Source of the DNA: Eledone cirrhosa
Taxonomy: Eukaryota
Assembly (NCBI GenBank): GCA_964016885.1
Contig: OZ024745.1
Coordinates: forward strand, 72,912,001-72,976,000
Direction of reading: 5' to 3'
Length of the DNA stretch: 64,000 nucleotides
The position numbers were made by a program, and so were the translations under genes. The notes beneath the pieces are model-generated. The model was given only the letters and a program-made list of their open reading frames with translations. It was not told the DNA's origin and made no database searches. This document shows, piece after piece, positions 1-12,010 of this stretch. The number at the start of each line of letters is the position of its first letter. Position 1 is the stretch's first letter.

Positions 1-2529
1 GGAGAAGGAGTGAGGCTTCTTGGATTTTGTGATGCAAATGCACTAACCATTTGCAACCTAATAACCTACAAATCAGGCGAGCACATAAGCCAGATAGACT
101 TCCTGCTAGTTAGACAGCGAGACAGACAGATGGTGTCAAATACTAAGGCATACCCTGAGGAAGAATGTACCCCACAGCATAGGTTAGTCGTTAGTGACAT
201 CTCAGTAAGCAAGAGAAAGATTAAGACATACAGGAAGGTGTGGGAAAAAAAAAGTCTGGAAGCTAAAAGACCTTTCATTAAAATATAAATTTAGCAAAGC
301 CCTTCAAGATGTGTATGACGAAAAAGAAAACGATTTAGAGTTGTATGACATAGATGATAACAGGAATTTCTTGCATGACAACTTACTGCAGGCTACTGAA
401 GAAACTTGTGGTTGGGGCAGAGCTTCAACCAGACAGAGAGTGACCTGGTGGTGGAACAGCACGATGGATAGGGCCATTAGAGACAAGAGACTGGCATGGA
501 AAGCTTGGAAAAATGATAGGAGTAGAGACGGATACACAGCCGCTAAGAGAGAAGCTAGGGAGGGTGAGAGTAGGAGATTTGCCAATGTTCTGCGACAGGA
601 AGATCAGAGACGTGCGGTGTTCCGCATTGCAAAGCAGTGTGTCAGTGCAAATCAGGATGTTGTTGGAGATAAATGTGTCCAGAATGATGCCGGTGCACTT
701 AGTGTCACGAATGATCAGAAAAAGGAGGCCCGGAAATGTCACTATGAGAGACTAATGAATGTGGAGAACGAATGGGACAGAGAGAAATTACCCCCAGTAG
801 ACCCAACAGAGGGACCAGCTATCGAGATTGACGAATATAGGGTACAAGAGGCAATTAAGGAAATGAAGAATGGTAAGGCTGCTGGACCGGCGGGGATAGT
901 TGCTGAGATGCTGAAGGCATCAGGAGAAGTAGGCACTAAACTGGTTGCACGCATCATCAACCAAGCTATATATAATGGTGTCATACCCAAAGACTGGTGC
1001 AGCAGTATTCTCATAAATTGTTACAAAGGTAAAGGGGGTGCTCTGGAGAGGAGCAATTATAGGGGCATAAAGCTGATAGATCAGGTTATGAAAGTAGCAG
1101 AGAGAATATTAGTGCAACTGATTAGAGAAAGGGTCAAATTAGATGAGATGCAGTTTGGTTTTGTGCCCCGGAAAAGTACGACAGATGCCCTCTTCATAGT
1201 GAGGAAAACTACAAGAGAGGGTCTTAGAGAAGAATAAGCCACTAGACTTAGCTTTTGTTGACTTAGAAAAAGCCTTTGATAGGGTACCCTGATCTGTCAT
1301 CTGGTGGTCCCTAAGGAAACTAGGTGTAGAGAAATGGCTTGTGAGGACAGTGCAAGCTATGTACAGGGGTGCTGTCAGTAAAATGAGAGTACGCATGGAG
1401 TTTAGTGAGGAATTCCAGATACAAGTAGGTATACATCAGGGTTCAGTCCTTAGTCCGCTCTTGTTCATTAAAGTCCTCCAAGGCATAACAGGGGAATTTA
1501 AGACTGGATGCCCATGGGGACGTCTCTATACTGATGATCTTGTTCTTATAGCAGAATCAGTAGAGGAGCTAGAGAATAAATTCAGGCTATGGAAACAGCA
1601 GTTAGAATCAAGAGGTCTGAGAGTGAACATATCTAAGACACAAGGGTTGATAAGTAGAAGAGAGGACAATACCTTGATTCCATCAGGGAAATGGCCATGT
1701 TCGATATGTAGGAAAAGAACTGGCATAAATTCCATAAAATGTACGCAATGCAGATCTTGGGTACACAAGAGATGTAGTTGGATAGCAGGCAAACTAACAG
1801 GTAAGGAAAACTACGTATGCAGTAGATGTACCGGGAAAGTTGGCAGTAGTAATCGCAGTGATAGACGCATTTTTCAAATGTAGGTGGGTTCTATAGAAGT
1901 AGTTGATAGCTTCCGGTACCTAGGTGATCAGATTAGCATGGGAGGGGCGTGTTTCGAGGCCATAGTGTCTATAATAAGGACATGTTGGAAGAAGTTTAGG
2001 GAGCTGCTTCCTCTGTTGACAAAGGAGGGTTTCTCCCTGCATACGAAAGGACGGTTATAGGATGCCTGTGTGAGATGGACGATGCTGCATGGTAGTGAGA
2101 CATGGGCAGAAACTGCAGAGTATATGCGGTGGCTGGAGAGAAATGAAGCAAGTATGCTCCATTGGATGTGCGATGTCAATGTGCATGAACAACCAAGCAT
2201 AGACGAGTTGAGAAAGAAACTGGGTATAAGAGGGATAAGTTGTGGTGTGCAGGAAAGAAAGCTGAGATGGTATGGACATGTGATGCGCATGGAGGATGAC
2301 CGCTGGGTAAAGAAGTGCCAAGAAATCTCAGTAGAAGGAAGATGCAGTAGAGTTAGACCACGAAAAATATGGGCGGAGGTGGTGAGAGCAGACCTCAGAT
2401 CGCTGAAATCACCGAGGAGATGATGAAGGACCGTGACAAGTGGAGAGGTGCTGTGCTGAATAGGACCCATCCAACGCTTGAAAGCAGGGAAAAGCGGACG
2501 TAAAATGATGATGATGATGATGATGATGA
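1..2529 (+). mobile_element. RTE-clade LINE, decayed (end of APE, RT, PHD-like finger, 3' tail)
   Basis: ORF pieces SQIDFLL, KAAGPAGIVAEMLK, QFGFVP, HQGSVLSPLLF, LYTDDLVL and LRWYGHVMRM are separated by stops and frameshifts; ends in aaaagcggacgtaaa(atg)n. Confidence 0.93.
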
Positions 2530-2612
2530 CATACACATATATATATACATATATATATATACATATATATATATACATATATATATATATACACATATAT
2601 ATATACATATAT

Positions 2613-2946
2613 GGAGGCACATGGCTTAGTGGTTAGAGCATTGGCCTTGCAATCGAAAGGTTGTGAGTTCAATTCTCAGACCGAGTGATGTGTTGTTTCC
2701 TTGAGCAAGACACTTTATTTCACATTGCTCCAGTTTACTCAGCTGTAGAAATGAGATGATAGGGACTGGGGTCCATATCATTCCACTGCAAAGTGGACGT
2801 GTAGGTGCCACGGCAAAAAAGCAGCCAGCACTCACTGTAAATGAGGTTGGTGTTAGGAAAAGCATCCAGCTGTAGAAATCAAGCCAGAATCAGTTCCCGT
2901 CCCACCCTTGCAAGCAGGGAAAAGTGGATGTAAAATGAAATGAATG
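2613..2946 (+). mobile_element. tRNA-derived SINE with RTE-type 3' tail
   Basis: A-box-like tggcttagtgg, B-box-like gagttcaattc and ccttgagcaagacac core; 3' end gcaagcagggaaaagtggatgtaaaatga matches the LINE tail. Confidence 0.85.
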
Positions 2947-2953
2947 AAAATGA

Positions 2954-3004
<51 letters not shown>

Positions 3005-3047
3005 CTTATATATATATATACATATATATAAATATACATATACTTAT

Positions 3048-4352
3048 CATCATCATCATCATTTTACGTCCGCTTTTCCCTGCTTGCAAGGGTGGGATGG
3101 GTCTTATTCAGCACAACATCTCTCCACTCGTCACGGTCCTTCATCATCTCCACCGTGAGCTTCAATGATCTGAGGTCTGTTCTCACCACCTCCGTCCATG
3201 CTTTTCGCGGTCTACCTCTACCAGGTCTTCCTTCAACTGGCATTTCCTGGCACTTCTTCACCCATCGGTCATCCTCCATGCGCATCACATGTCCATACCA
3301 CCTCAGTCTCCTCTCCCGTACACTACATTCTATCCCTCTCAGACACAGTTTCTCTCTCAACACATTTATGCTGGGTCGTTCACGCACATTTACTCTGCAC
3401 ATCCAACGGAGCATGCTTGCCTCATTTCTCTCCAGCCGTCGCATATCCTCTGCAGTTGCTGCCCATGTCTCACTACCATGCAGCATCGCGCTCCTCACTC
3501 AGGCATCATACAGCCGGCCTTTCGTACGCAGGGAGAAACCCTTCTTCGTCAACAGAGGAAGCAGCTTCCTAAACTTCTTCCAACCCATCCTTATTCTAGA
3601 TACTATGGCCTCGGAACACCCTCCTCCCATGCTAATCTGATCTCCTAGGTACCGGAAGCTATCCACCACTTCTATAGCGCCCTCCTGCATTTGAAAAATG
3701 TGTCTATCAATGCGACTTCTACTGTCTAATTTGCCTGTACATCTACTGCATACATATTTCTCCCTACCTGTTAGTTTGACTGCTATCCCGTTACATCGCT
3801 TGTGTACCCAGGATCTGCATTGTGTGCATTTTATAGAATTTATGCCAATTCCTTTTCTGCATATCAAACATGGCCATTTCCCTGACGGAATCAGGGTTTT
3901 GTCCTCTTTTCTACTCATCAACACTTTTGTCTTAGCTAGATTCACTCTCAGTCCTCTTGCTTCCAACTGCTGCTTCCATAGCCAGAATTTATTCTCTAGC
4001 TCCTCTACTGATTCTGCTATAAGAACCAGATCGTCAGCATAGAGAAGTTCCCATAGACAGCCAGTCTTAAACTCCTCTGTTATGGCTTGGAGGACTATAA
4101 TGAACAAGAGCGGGCTGAAGACCGAACCCTGATGTACTCCTACTTGAATCTGGAATTCCTCACTAAACTCCATTCCTACCCTGACTTTACTAAGAGTACC
4201 TCTGTACAAAGTTTGCACTGTCCTCACAAGCCATTCCTCAACACCTAGCTTCCTTAGGGACCACCAGATAACAGATCGGGGTACCCTATCAAAGGCCTTC
4301 TCTAGGTCAACAAAGGCTAAGTATAGTGGCTTATTCTTCTCTAAGAACCTCT
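3048..4352 (-). mobile_element. 5'-truncated RTE LINE (RT C-terminal half and tail)
   Basis: ORFs 3499-4227 (HQGSVFSP, LLYADDLVL, PHD-like Cys cluster) and 3064-3498; (cat)n tail on the + strand. Confidence 0.93.
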
Positions 4353-4368
4353 CTTGTCTTATATTGTC

Positions 4369-4387
4369 TTATATATATATATACATA

Positions 4388-4462
<75 letters not shown>

Positions 4463-4495
4463 ACATATACTTATATATATATATATATACATATA

Positions 4496-4537
<42 letters not shown>

Positions 4538-4830
4538 CTTATATATATATATATATATACATATACTTATATATATATATATATACATATACTTATATAT
4601 ATATATATATATATACATATACTTATATATATATATATATATACATATACTTATATATATATATATATACATACATATACTTATATATATATATATATAT
4701 ACATACATATATATATAAACATATACTTATATACATATATATATAAACATATACTTACATACATATATATATATATATACATACATACATATATATACAT
4801 ATACTTATATATATATATATATATATATAT
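4369..4830. repeat. (TA)n microsatellite with catatact interruptions
   Basis: Direct reading. Confidence 0.97.
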
Positions 4831-4984
4831 CGTTTCTGAATTTGTTTAGCAAGATTCTTTATCTGAAATCGTGTGTTGAAACCGATATTGTTATACTTTG
4901 GGAGGGTCATGTTGCCAATAAGAAACACACGCACCAGTTGCTTTCACTTCAATTTATTATATATCTATAAATTTACAAATTTAC

Positions 4985-6088
4985 AAATCTATAAATTTCT
5001 GGTTGATTGGTTGGTTCCACAACCAGATAGTTGTTTATATATAGTCATAGTCCTTTCGTCACACACTCTGTGACCCCCTCAGTGACTGGGGATTCCTTTC
5101 TTTGTCTCCGTGCCTCTCCTTTGTTCTGTCCTACGCCATTTTGTTTCTGTGTGTGTGTTGTGTGCTCAGTTTGCGCATGCGCCACATCCGGGTGTCTGTG
5201 TGTGTTTATGTTCATTTATCTATTTGTTTATTTATTTATTTATTTACATGTTATTGGTTGGTTGTTTGTTCTATGTGTGTGTGTGTTTTCATTTTGTCCT
5301 TAATTGTAAGTTGTGATGTTGCTGTTCCACTCATATTTTCTATTTAGTTTTGGTTGTAATTGTTTTATGTTTATTGCCTCTGTAATTTGTCTAAACATTG
5401 CATCTTTTCTGTGTGTGGATTCTATTTTTATTTCTATGTTCTCTAATTTACCCTTGTGTTCTATCTTAGCATGTTGGTAGAGTACAGATGATTCTTTATT
5501 ATCTTGAAGGTCTCACCAGTATTCATTTATCCGTTCCCCTATACTACGAGCTGTCTCACCTATGTACACTATATTTTTGTTTCTACATTGTCCTTCAGTG
5601 CATCTTATGCTATACACTACATTTCTAGTTTTACAGTTAATATGGGGGCTTATTTTACAGGTTATACATTTCTTATCTATACATGAGGGTCTTTGGAAAG
5701 GGTATGTCTTGCTAATAAGTGTTTTTACGGAGGTACCTGGTCTTTCTACTATCTTAATATTGAGTTTATGTTTATTTAGGGCCCTTCTAAATTTGTAGGC
5801 TAGTTCGCCTCTAGGGGTTGTATCGATGAACATTACACTCTGGTATTTATTGCTATCATACCATGAGTTTATTCTATTAGCCTTGTTCCTAGTTCTTTCT
5901 ATTCTATTCCAAAATTTGCTCCTATACAGGGGGCAGGTCCCATTTATGTCATTATTTACCATTTTTTCCCATTTGGTTCTGGCTCCTCTATACACTCTGA
6001 TTCTATCTCTCTGATTGTAGCCAGAGAACTGCATACGGTGGATGAAGTGTTGTATGTGTCTCTCTAGTTCTTCGGGGTTGCACATGCG
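4985..6088 (-). mobile_element. Penelope-like element 3' fragment (GIY-YIG endonuclease and 3' UTR)
   Basis: CKTRNVVYSIRC..VYIGETARSIGERINE; reading through one TGA the frame continues SVLYQH..RQITEAINI..PKLNRKYEW to a stop at 5300-5302. Confidence 0.85.
5043..5087 (-). ncRNA. Minimal type I hammerhead-like motif in the PLE 3' UTR (A9G, one extra G)
   Basis: Minus strand: agtca CTGAGGG g gtcaca gagtg tgtgac GAAA ggac TA tgact; stem I 5 bp, stem II 6 bp. Confidence 0.6.
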
Positions 6089-6356
6089 GGTGGTCATGCA
6101 AGGTGGTCATGGAGGTGCCACGGCAAAAAAGCACCCAGCCCACACTGTAAAGTGGACGTGTAGGCGCCACGAAAAAGCACCCAGCACTCACTGTAAATTA
6201 GGTTGGTGTTAGGAAGGGCATCCAGCTGTAGAAATCAAGCCAAATCAGTTCCTGTATGAGCAAGGCATGGTCAGCCGACCAGACACTGCCCACAACAGTA
6301 CAACCCGTCTAACCCATGCTAGCGTGGAAGAACGGACGTAAAACGATGATGATGAT
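6089..6356 (+). mobile_element. SINE 3' portion with RTE-type tail
   Basis: Matches the body of the SINE at 2613 (ggttggtgttaggaagggcatccagctgtagaaatc); ends cggacgtaaaac(gat)n. Confidence 0.75.
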
Positions 6357-6430
6357 ACTGATATATATATACATATATATAAACATATACTTATATACAT
6401 ATATATATATATACATACATATACTTATAT

Positions 6431-8933
6431 TTGGAATAAATGCTCTGAAATAGCGATATATATGTGAGTATAGACATAGAATATTCGAAAATATTCTGTA
6501 TGTTTATAATAAACATTTTGAAGACCTAATCGCTATAGAATAGAATACGTCACGTATTACAATTAGATTCTCGATAAAAGCAAGGGAAGTAATCTACGCG
6601 TTTCATTCTTGTTAGAATTCATCAGGACTACATATCCAGTGCTTTTATCGAGAATGACACAGCTAGAGACTTATAGAATACTTAGCTGTGTACTGGAACT
6701 GGTTTGAAAGAGCGGTTGCCGGTCCGGCAGAAATTAGAAATTGGAATAAATGCTCTGAAATAGCGATATATATGTGAGTATAGACATAGAATATTCGAAA
6801 ATATTCTGTATGTTTATAATAAACATTTTGAAGACCTAATCGCTATAGAATAGAATACGTCACGTATTACAATTAGATTCTCGATAAAAGCAAGGGAAGT
6901 AATCTACGCGTTTCATTCTTGTTAGAATTCATCAGGACTACATATCCAGTGCTTTTATCGAGAATGACACAGCTAGAGACTTATAGAATACTTAGCTGTG
7001 TACTGGAACTGGTTTGAAAGAGCGGTTGCCGGTCCGGCAGAAATTAGAAATTGGAATAAATGCTCTGAAATAGCGATATATATGTGAGTATAGACATAGA
7101 ATATTCGAAAATATTCTGTATGTTTATAATAAACATTTTGAAGACCTAATCGCTATAGAATAGAATACGTCACGTATTACAATTAGATTCTCGATAAAAG
7201 CAAGGGAAGTAATCTACGCGTTTCATTCTTGTTAGAATTCATCAGGACTACATATCCAGTGCTTTTATCGAGAATGACACAGCTAGAGACTTATAGAATA
7301 CTTAGCTGTGTACTGGAACTGGTTTGAAAGAGCGGTTGCCGGTCCGGCAGAAATTAGAAATTGGAATAAATGCTCTGAAATAGCGATATATATGTGAGTA
7401 TAGACATAGAATATTCGAAAATATTCTGTATGTTTATAATAAACATTTTGAAGACCTAATCGCTATAGAATAGAATACGTCACGTATTACAATTAGATTC
7501 TCGATAAAAGCAAGGGAAGTAATCTACGCGTTTCATTCTTGTTAGAATTCATCAGGACTACATATCCAGTGCTTTTATCGAGAATGACACAGCTAGAGAC
7601 TTATAGAATACTTAGCTGTGTACTGGAACTGGTTTGAAAGAGCGGTTGCCGGTCCGGCAGAAATTAGAAATTGGAATAAATGCTCTGAAATAGCGATATA
7701 TATGTGAGTATAGACATAGAATATTCGAAAATATTCTGTATGTTTATAATAAACATTTTGAAGACCTAATCGCTATAGAATAGAATACGTCACGTATTAC
7801 AATTAGATTCTCGATAAAAGCAAGGGAAGTAATCTACGCGTTTCATTCTTGTTAGAATTCATCAGGACTACATATCCAGTGCTTTTATCGAGAATGACAC
7901 AGCTAGAGACTTATAGAATACTTAGCTGTGTACTGGAACTGGTTTGAAAGAGCGGTTGCCGGTCCGGCAGAAATTAGAAATTGGAATAAATGCTCTGAAA
8001 TAGCGATATATATGTGAGTATAGACATAGAATATTCGAAAATATTCTGTATGTTTATAATAAACATTTTGAAGACCTAATCGCTATAGAATAGAATACGT
8101 CACGTATTACAATTAGATTCTCGATAAAAGCAAGGGAAGTAATCTACGCGTTTCATTCTTGTTAGAATTCATCAGGACTACATATCCAGTGCTTTTATCG
8201 AGAATGACACAGCTAGAGACTTATAGAATACTTAGCTGTGTACTGGAACTGGTTTGAAAGAGCGGTTGCCGGTCCGGCAGAAATTAGAAATTGGAATAAA
8301 TGCTCTGAAATAGCGATATATATGTGAGTATAGACATAGAATATTCGAAAATATTCTGTATGTTTATAATAAACATTTTGAAGACCTAATCGCTATAGAA
8401 TAGAATACGTCACGTATTACAATTAGATTCTCGATAAAAGCAAGGGAAGTAATCTACGCGTTTCATTCTTGTTAGAATTCATCAGGACTACATATCCAGT
8501 GCTTTTATCGAGAATGACACAGCTAGAGACTTATAGAATACTTAGCTGTGTACTGGAACTGGTTTGAAAGAGCGGTTGCCGGTCCGGCAGAAATTAGAAA
8601 TTGGAATAAATGCTCTGAAATAGCGATATATATGTGAGTATAGACATAGAATATTCGAAAATATTCTGTATGTTTATAATAAACATTTTGAAGACCTAAT
8701 CGCTATAGAATAGAATACGTCACGTATTACAATTAGATTCTCGATAAAAGCAAGGGAAGTAATCTACGCGTTTCATTCTTGTTAGAATTCATCAGGACTA
8801 CATATCCAGTGCTTTTATCGAGAATGACACAGCTAGAGACTTATAGAATACTTAGCTGTGTACTGGAACTGGTTTGAAAGAGCGGTTGCCGGTCCGGCAG
8901 AAATTAGAAATTGGAATAAATGCTCTGAAATAG
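6431..8933 (-). repeat. 310-bp tandem array, left arm (8 units plus partial), retrozyme-like, HHR on minus strand
   Basis: Units start at 6431, 6741, 7051 ... 8911; HHR at 6589-6631 plus n x 310. Confidence 0.95.
6589..6631 (-). ncRNA. Type I hammerhead ribozyme (first minus-strand copy)
   Basis: Reverse complement of the 9138-9180 motif. Confidence 0.9.
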
Positions 8934-11790
8934 GTCTTCAAAATGTTTATTATAAACATACAGAATATTTTCGAATATTCTATGTCTATACTCACATATA
9001 TATCGCTATTTCAGAGCATTTATTCCAATTTCTAATTTCTGCCGGACCGGCAACCGCTCTTTCAAACCAGTTCCAGTACACAGCTAAGTATTCTATAAGT
9101 CTCTAGCTGTGTCATTCTCGATAAAAGCACTGGATATGTAGTCCTGATGAATTCTAACAAGAATGAAACGCGTAGATTACTTCCCTTGCTTTTATCGAGA
9201 ATCTAATTGTAATACGTGACGTATTCTATTCTATAGCGATTAGGTCTTCAAAATGTTTATTATAAACATACAGAATATTTTCGAATATTCTATGTCTATA
9301 CTCACATATATATCGCTATTTCAGAGCATTTATTCCAATTTCTAATTTCTGCCGGACCGGCAACCGCTCTTTCAAACCAGTTCCAGTACACAGCTAAGTA
9401 TTCTATAAGTCTCTAGCTGTGTCATTCTCGATAAAAGCACTGGATATGTAGTCCTGATGAATTCTAACAAGAATGAAACGCGTAGATTACTTCCCTTGCT
9501 TTTATCGAGAATCTAATTGTAATACGTGACGTATTCTATTCTATAGCGATTAGGTCTTCAAAATGTTTATTATAAACATACAGAATATTTTCGAATATTC
9601 TATGTCTATACTCACATATATATCGCTATTTCAGAGCATTTATTCCAATTTCTAATTTCTGCCGGACCGGCAACCGCTCTTTCAAACCAGTTCCAGTACA
9701 CAGCTAAGTATTCTATAAGTCTCTAGCTGTGTCATTCTCGATAAAAGCACTGGATATGTAGTCCTGATGAATTCTAACAAGAATGAAACGCGTAGATTAC
9801 TTCCCTTGCTTTTATCGAGAATCTAATTGTAATACGTGACGTATTCTATTCTATAGCGATTAGGTCTTCAAAATGTTTATTATAAACATACAGAATATTT
9901 TCGAATATTCTATGTCTATACTCACATATATATCGCTATTTCAGAGCATTTATTCCAATTTCTAATTTCTGCCGGACCGGCAACCGCTCTTTCAAACCAG
10001 TTCCAGTACACAGCTAAGTATTCTATAAGTCTCTAGCTGTGTCATTCTCGATAAAAGCACTGGATATGTAGTCCTGATGAATTCTAACAAGAATGAAACG
10101 CGTAGATTACTTCCCTTGCTTTTATCGAGAATCTAATTGTAATACGTGACGTATTCTATTCTATAGCGATTAGGTCTTCAAAATGTTTATTATAAACATA
10201 CAGAATATTTTCGAATATTCTATGTCTATACTCACATATATATCGCTATTTCAGAGCATTTATTCCAATTTCTAATTTCTGCCGGACCGGCAACCGCTCT
10301 TTCAAACCAGTTCCAGTACACAGCTAAGTATTCTATAAGTCTCTAGCTGTGTCATTCTCGATAAAAGCACTGGATATGTAGTCCTGATGAATTCTAACAA
10401 GAATGAAACGCGTAGATTACTTCCCTTGCTTTTATCGAGAATCTAATTGTAATACGTGACGTATTCTATTCTATAGCGATTAGGTCTTCAAAATGTTTAT
10501 TATAAACATACAGAATATTTTCGAATATTCTATGTCTATACTCACATATATATCGCTATTTCAGAGCATTTATTCCAATTTCTAATTTCTGCCGGACCGG
10601 CAACCGCTCTTTCAAACCAGTTCCAGTACACAGCTAAGTATTCTATAAGTCTCTAGCTGTGTCATTCTCGATAAAAGCACTGGATATGTAGTCCTGATGA
10701 ATTCTAACAAGAATGAAACGCGTAGATTACTTCCCTTGCTTTTATCGAGAATCTAATTGTAATACGTGACGTATTCTATTCTATAGCGATTAGGTCTTCA
10801 AAATGTTTATTATAAACATACAGAATATTTTCGAATATTCTATGTCTATACTCACATATATATCGCTATTTCAGAGCATTTATTCCAATTTCTAATTTCT
10901 GCCGGACCGGCAACCGCTCTTTCAAACCAGTTCCAGTACACAGCTAAGTATTCTATAAGTCTCTAGCTGTGTCATTCTCGATAAAAGCACTGGATATGTA
11001 GTCCTGATGAATTCTAACAAGAATGAAACGCGTAGATTACTTCCCTTGCTTTTATCGAGAATCTAATTGTAATACGTGACGTATTCTATTCTATAGCGAT
11101 TAGGTCTTCAAAATGTTTATTATAAACATACAGAATATTTTCGAATATTCTATGTCTATACTCACATATATATCGCTATTTCAGAGCATTTATTCCAATT
11201 TCTAATTTCTGCCGGACCGGCAACCGCTCTTTCAAACCAGTTCCAGTACACAGCTAAGTATTCTATAAGTCTCTAGCTGTGTCATTCTCGATAAAAGCAC
11301 TGGATATGTAGTCCTGATGAATTCTAACAAGAATGAAACGCGTAGATTACTTCCCTTGCTTTTATCGAGAATCTAATTGTAATACGTGACGTATTCTATT
11401 CTATAGCGATTAGGTCTTCAAAATGTTTATTATAAACATACAGAATATTTTCGAATATTCTATGTCTATACTCACATATATATCGCTATTTCAGAGCATT
11501 TATTCCAATTTCTAATTTCTGCCGGACCGGCAACCGCTCTTTCAAACCAGTTCCAGTACACAGCTAAGTATTCTATAAGTCTCTAGCTGTGTCATTCTCG
11601 ATAAAAGCACTGGATATGTAGTCCTGATGAATTCTAACAAGAATGAAACGCGTAGATTACTTCCCTTGCTTTTATCGAGAATCTAATTGTAATACGTGAC
11701 GTATTCTATTCTATAGCGATTAGGTCTTCAAAATGTTTATTATAAACATACAGAATATTTTCGAATATTCTATGTCTATACTCACATATA
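8931..11790 (+). repeat. 310-bp tandem array, right arm in inverted orientation (9 units plus partial), HHR on plus strand
   Basis: Reverse complement of the left arm; units start at 8931, 9241 ... 11721; HHR at 9138-9180 plus n x 310. Confidence 0.95.
9114..9202 (+). ncRNA. Type I hammerhead ribozyme (representative of 17 copies)
   Basis: gtagtc CTGATGA attct aaca agaat GAAA cgcg TA gattac: canonical core, GUA triplet, palindromic stem III acgcgt, and a 16-bp distal stem I (attctcgataaaagca/tgcttttatcgagaat). Confidence 0.9.
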
Positions 11791-11854
<64 letters not shown>

Positions 11855-12010
11855 GTTATAGTTGTTGTCACCAATTCGGTGGAGGTATATTTTAGAAGTT
11901 GTAATGTTACCACGAGGAACTACCGTTGGTAGGAATATCGACAATGACTTTAGCTTGTTTTTACATTCTTTATTAACCAAGGTTAAGAAGTGAATTAGGC
12001 TGGCATGCCA

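Noticed and set aside
2613-2690. tRNA gene
   Set aside because: A and B boxes run directly into the SINE core; no proper cloverleaf.
8858-9106. 82-aa ORF across the palindrome centre
   Set aside because: A by-product of the inversion junction; the unit itself is closed by stops.
6431-11790. CRISPR array or plain satellite
   Set aside because: No unique spacers and the context is eukaryotic; the ribozyme content argues against a featureless satellite.
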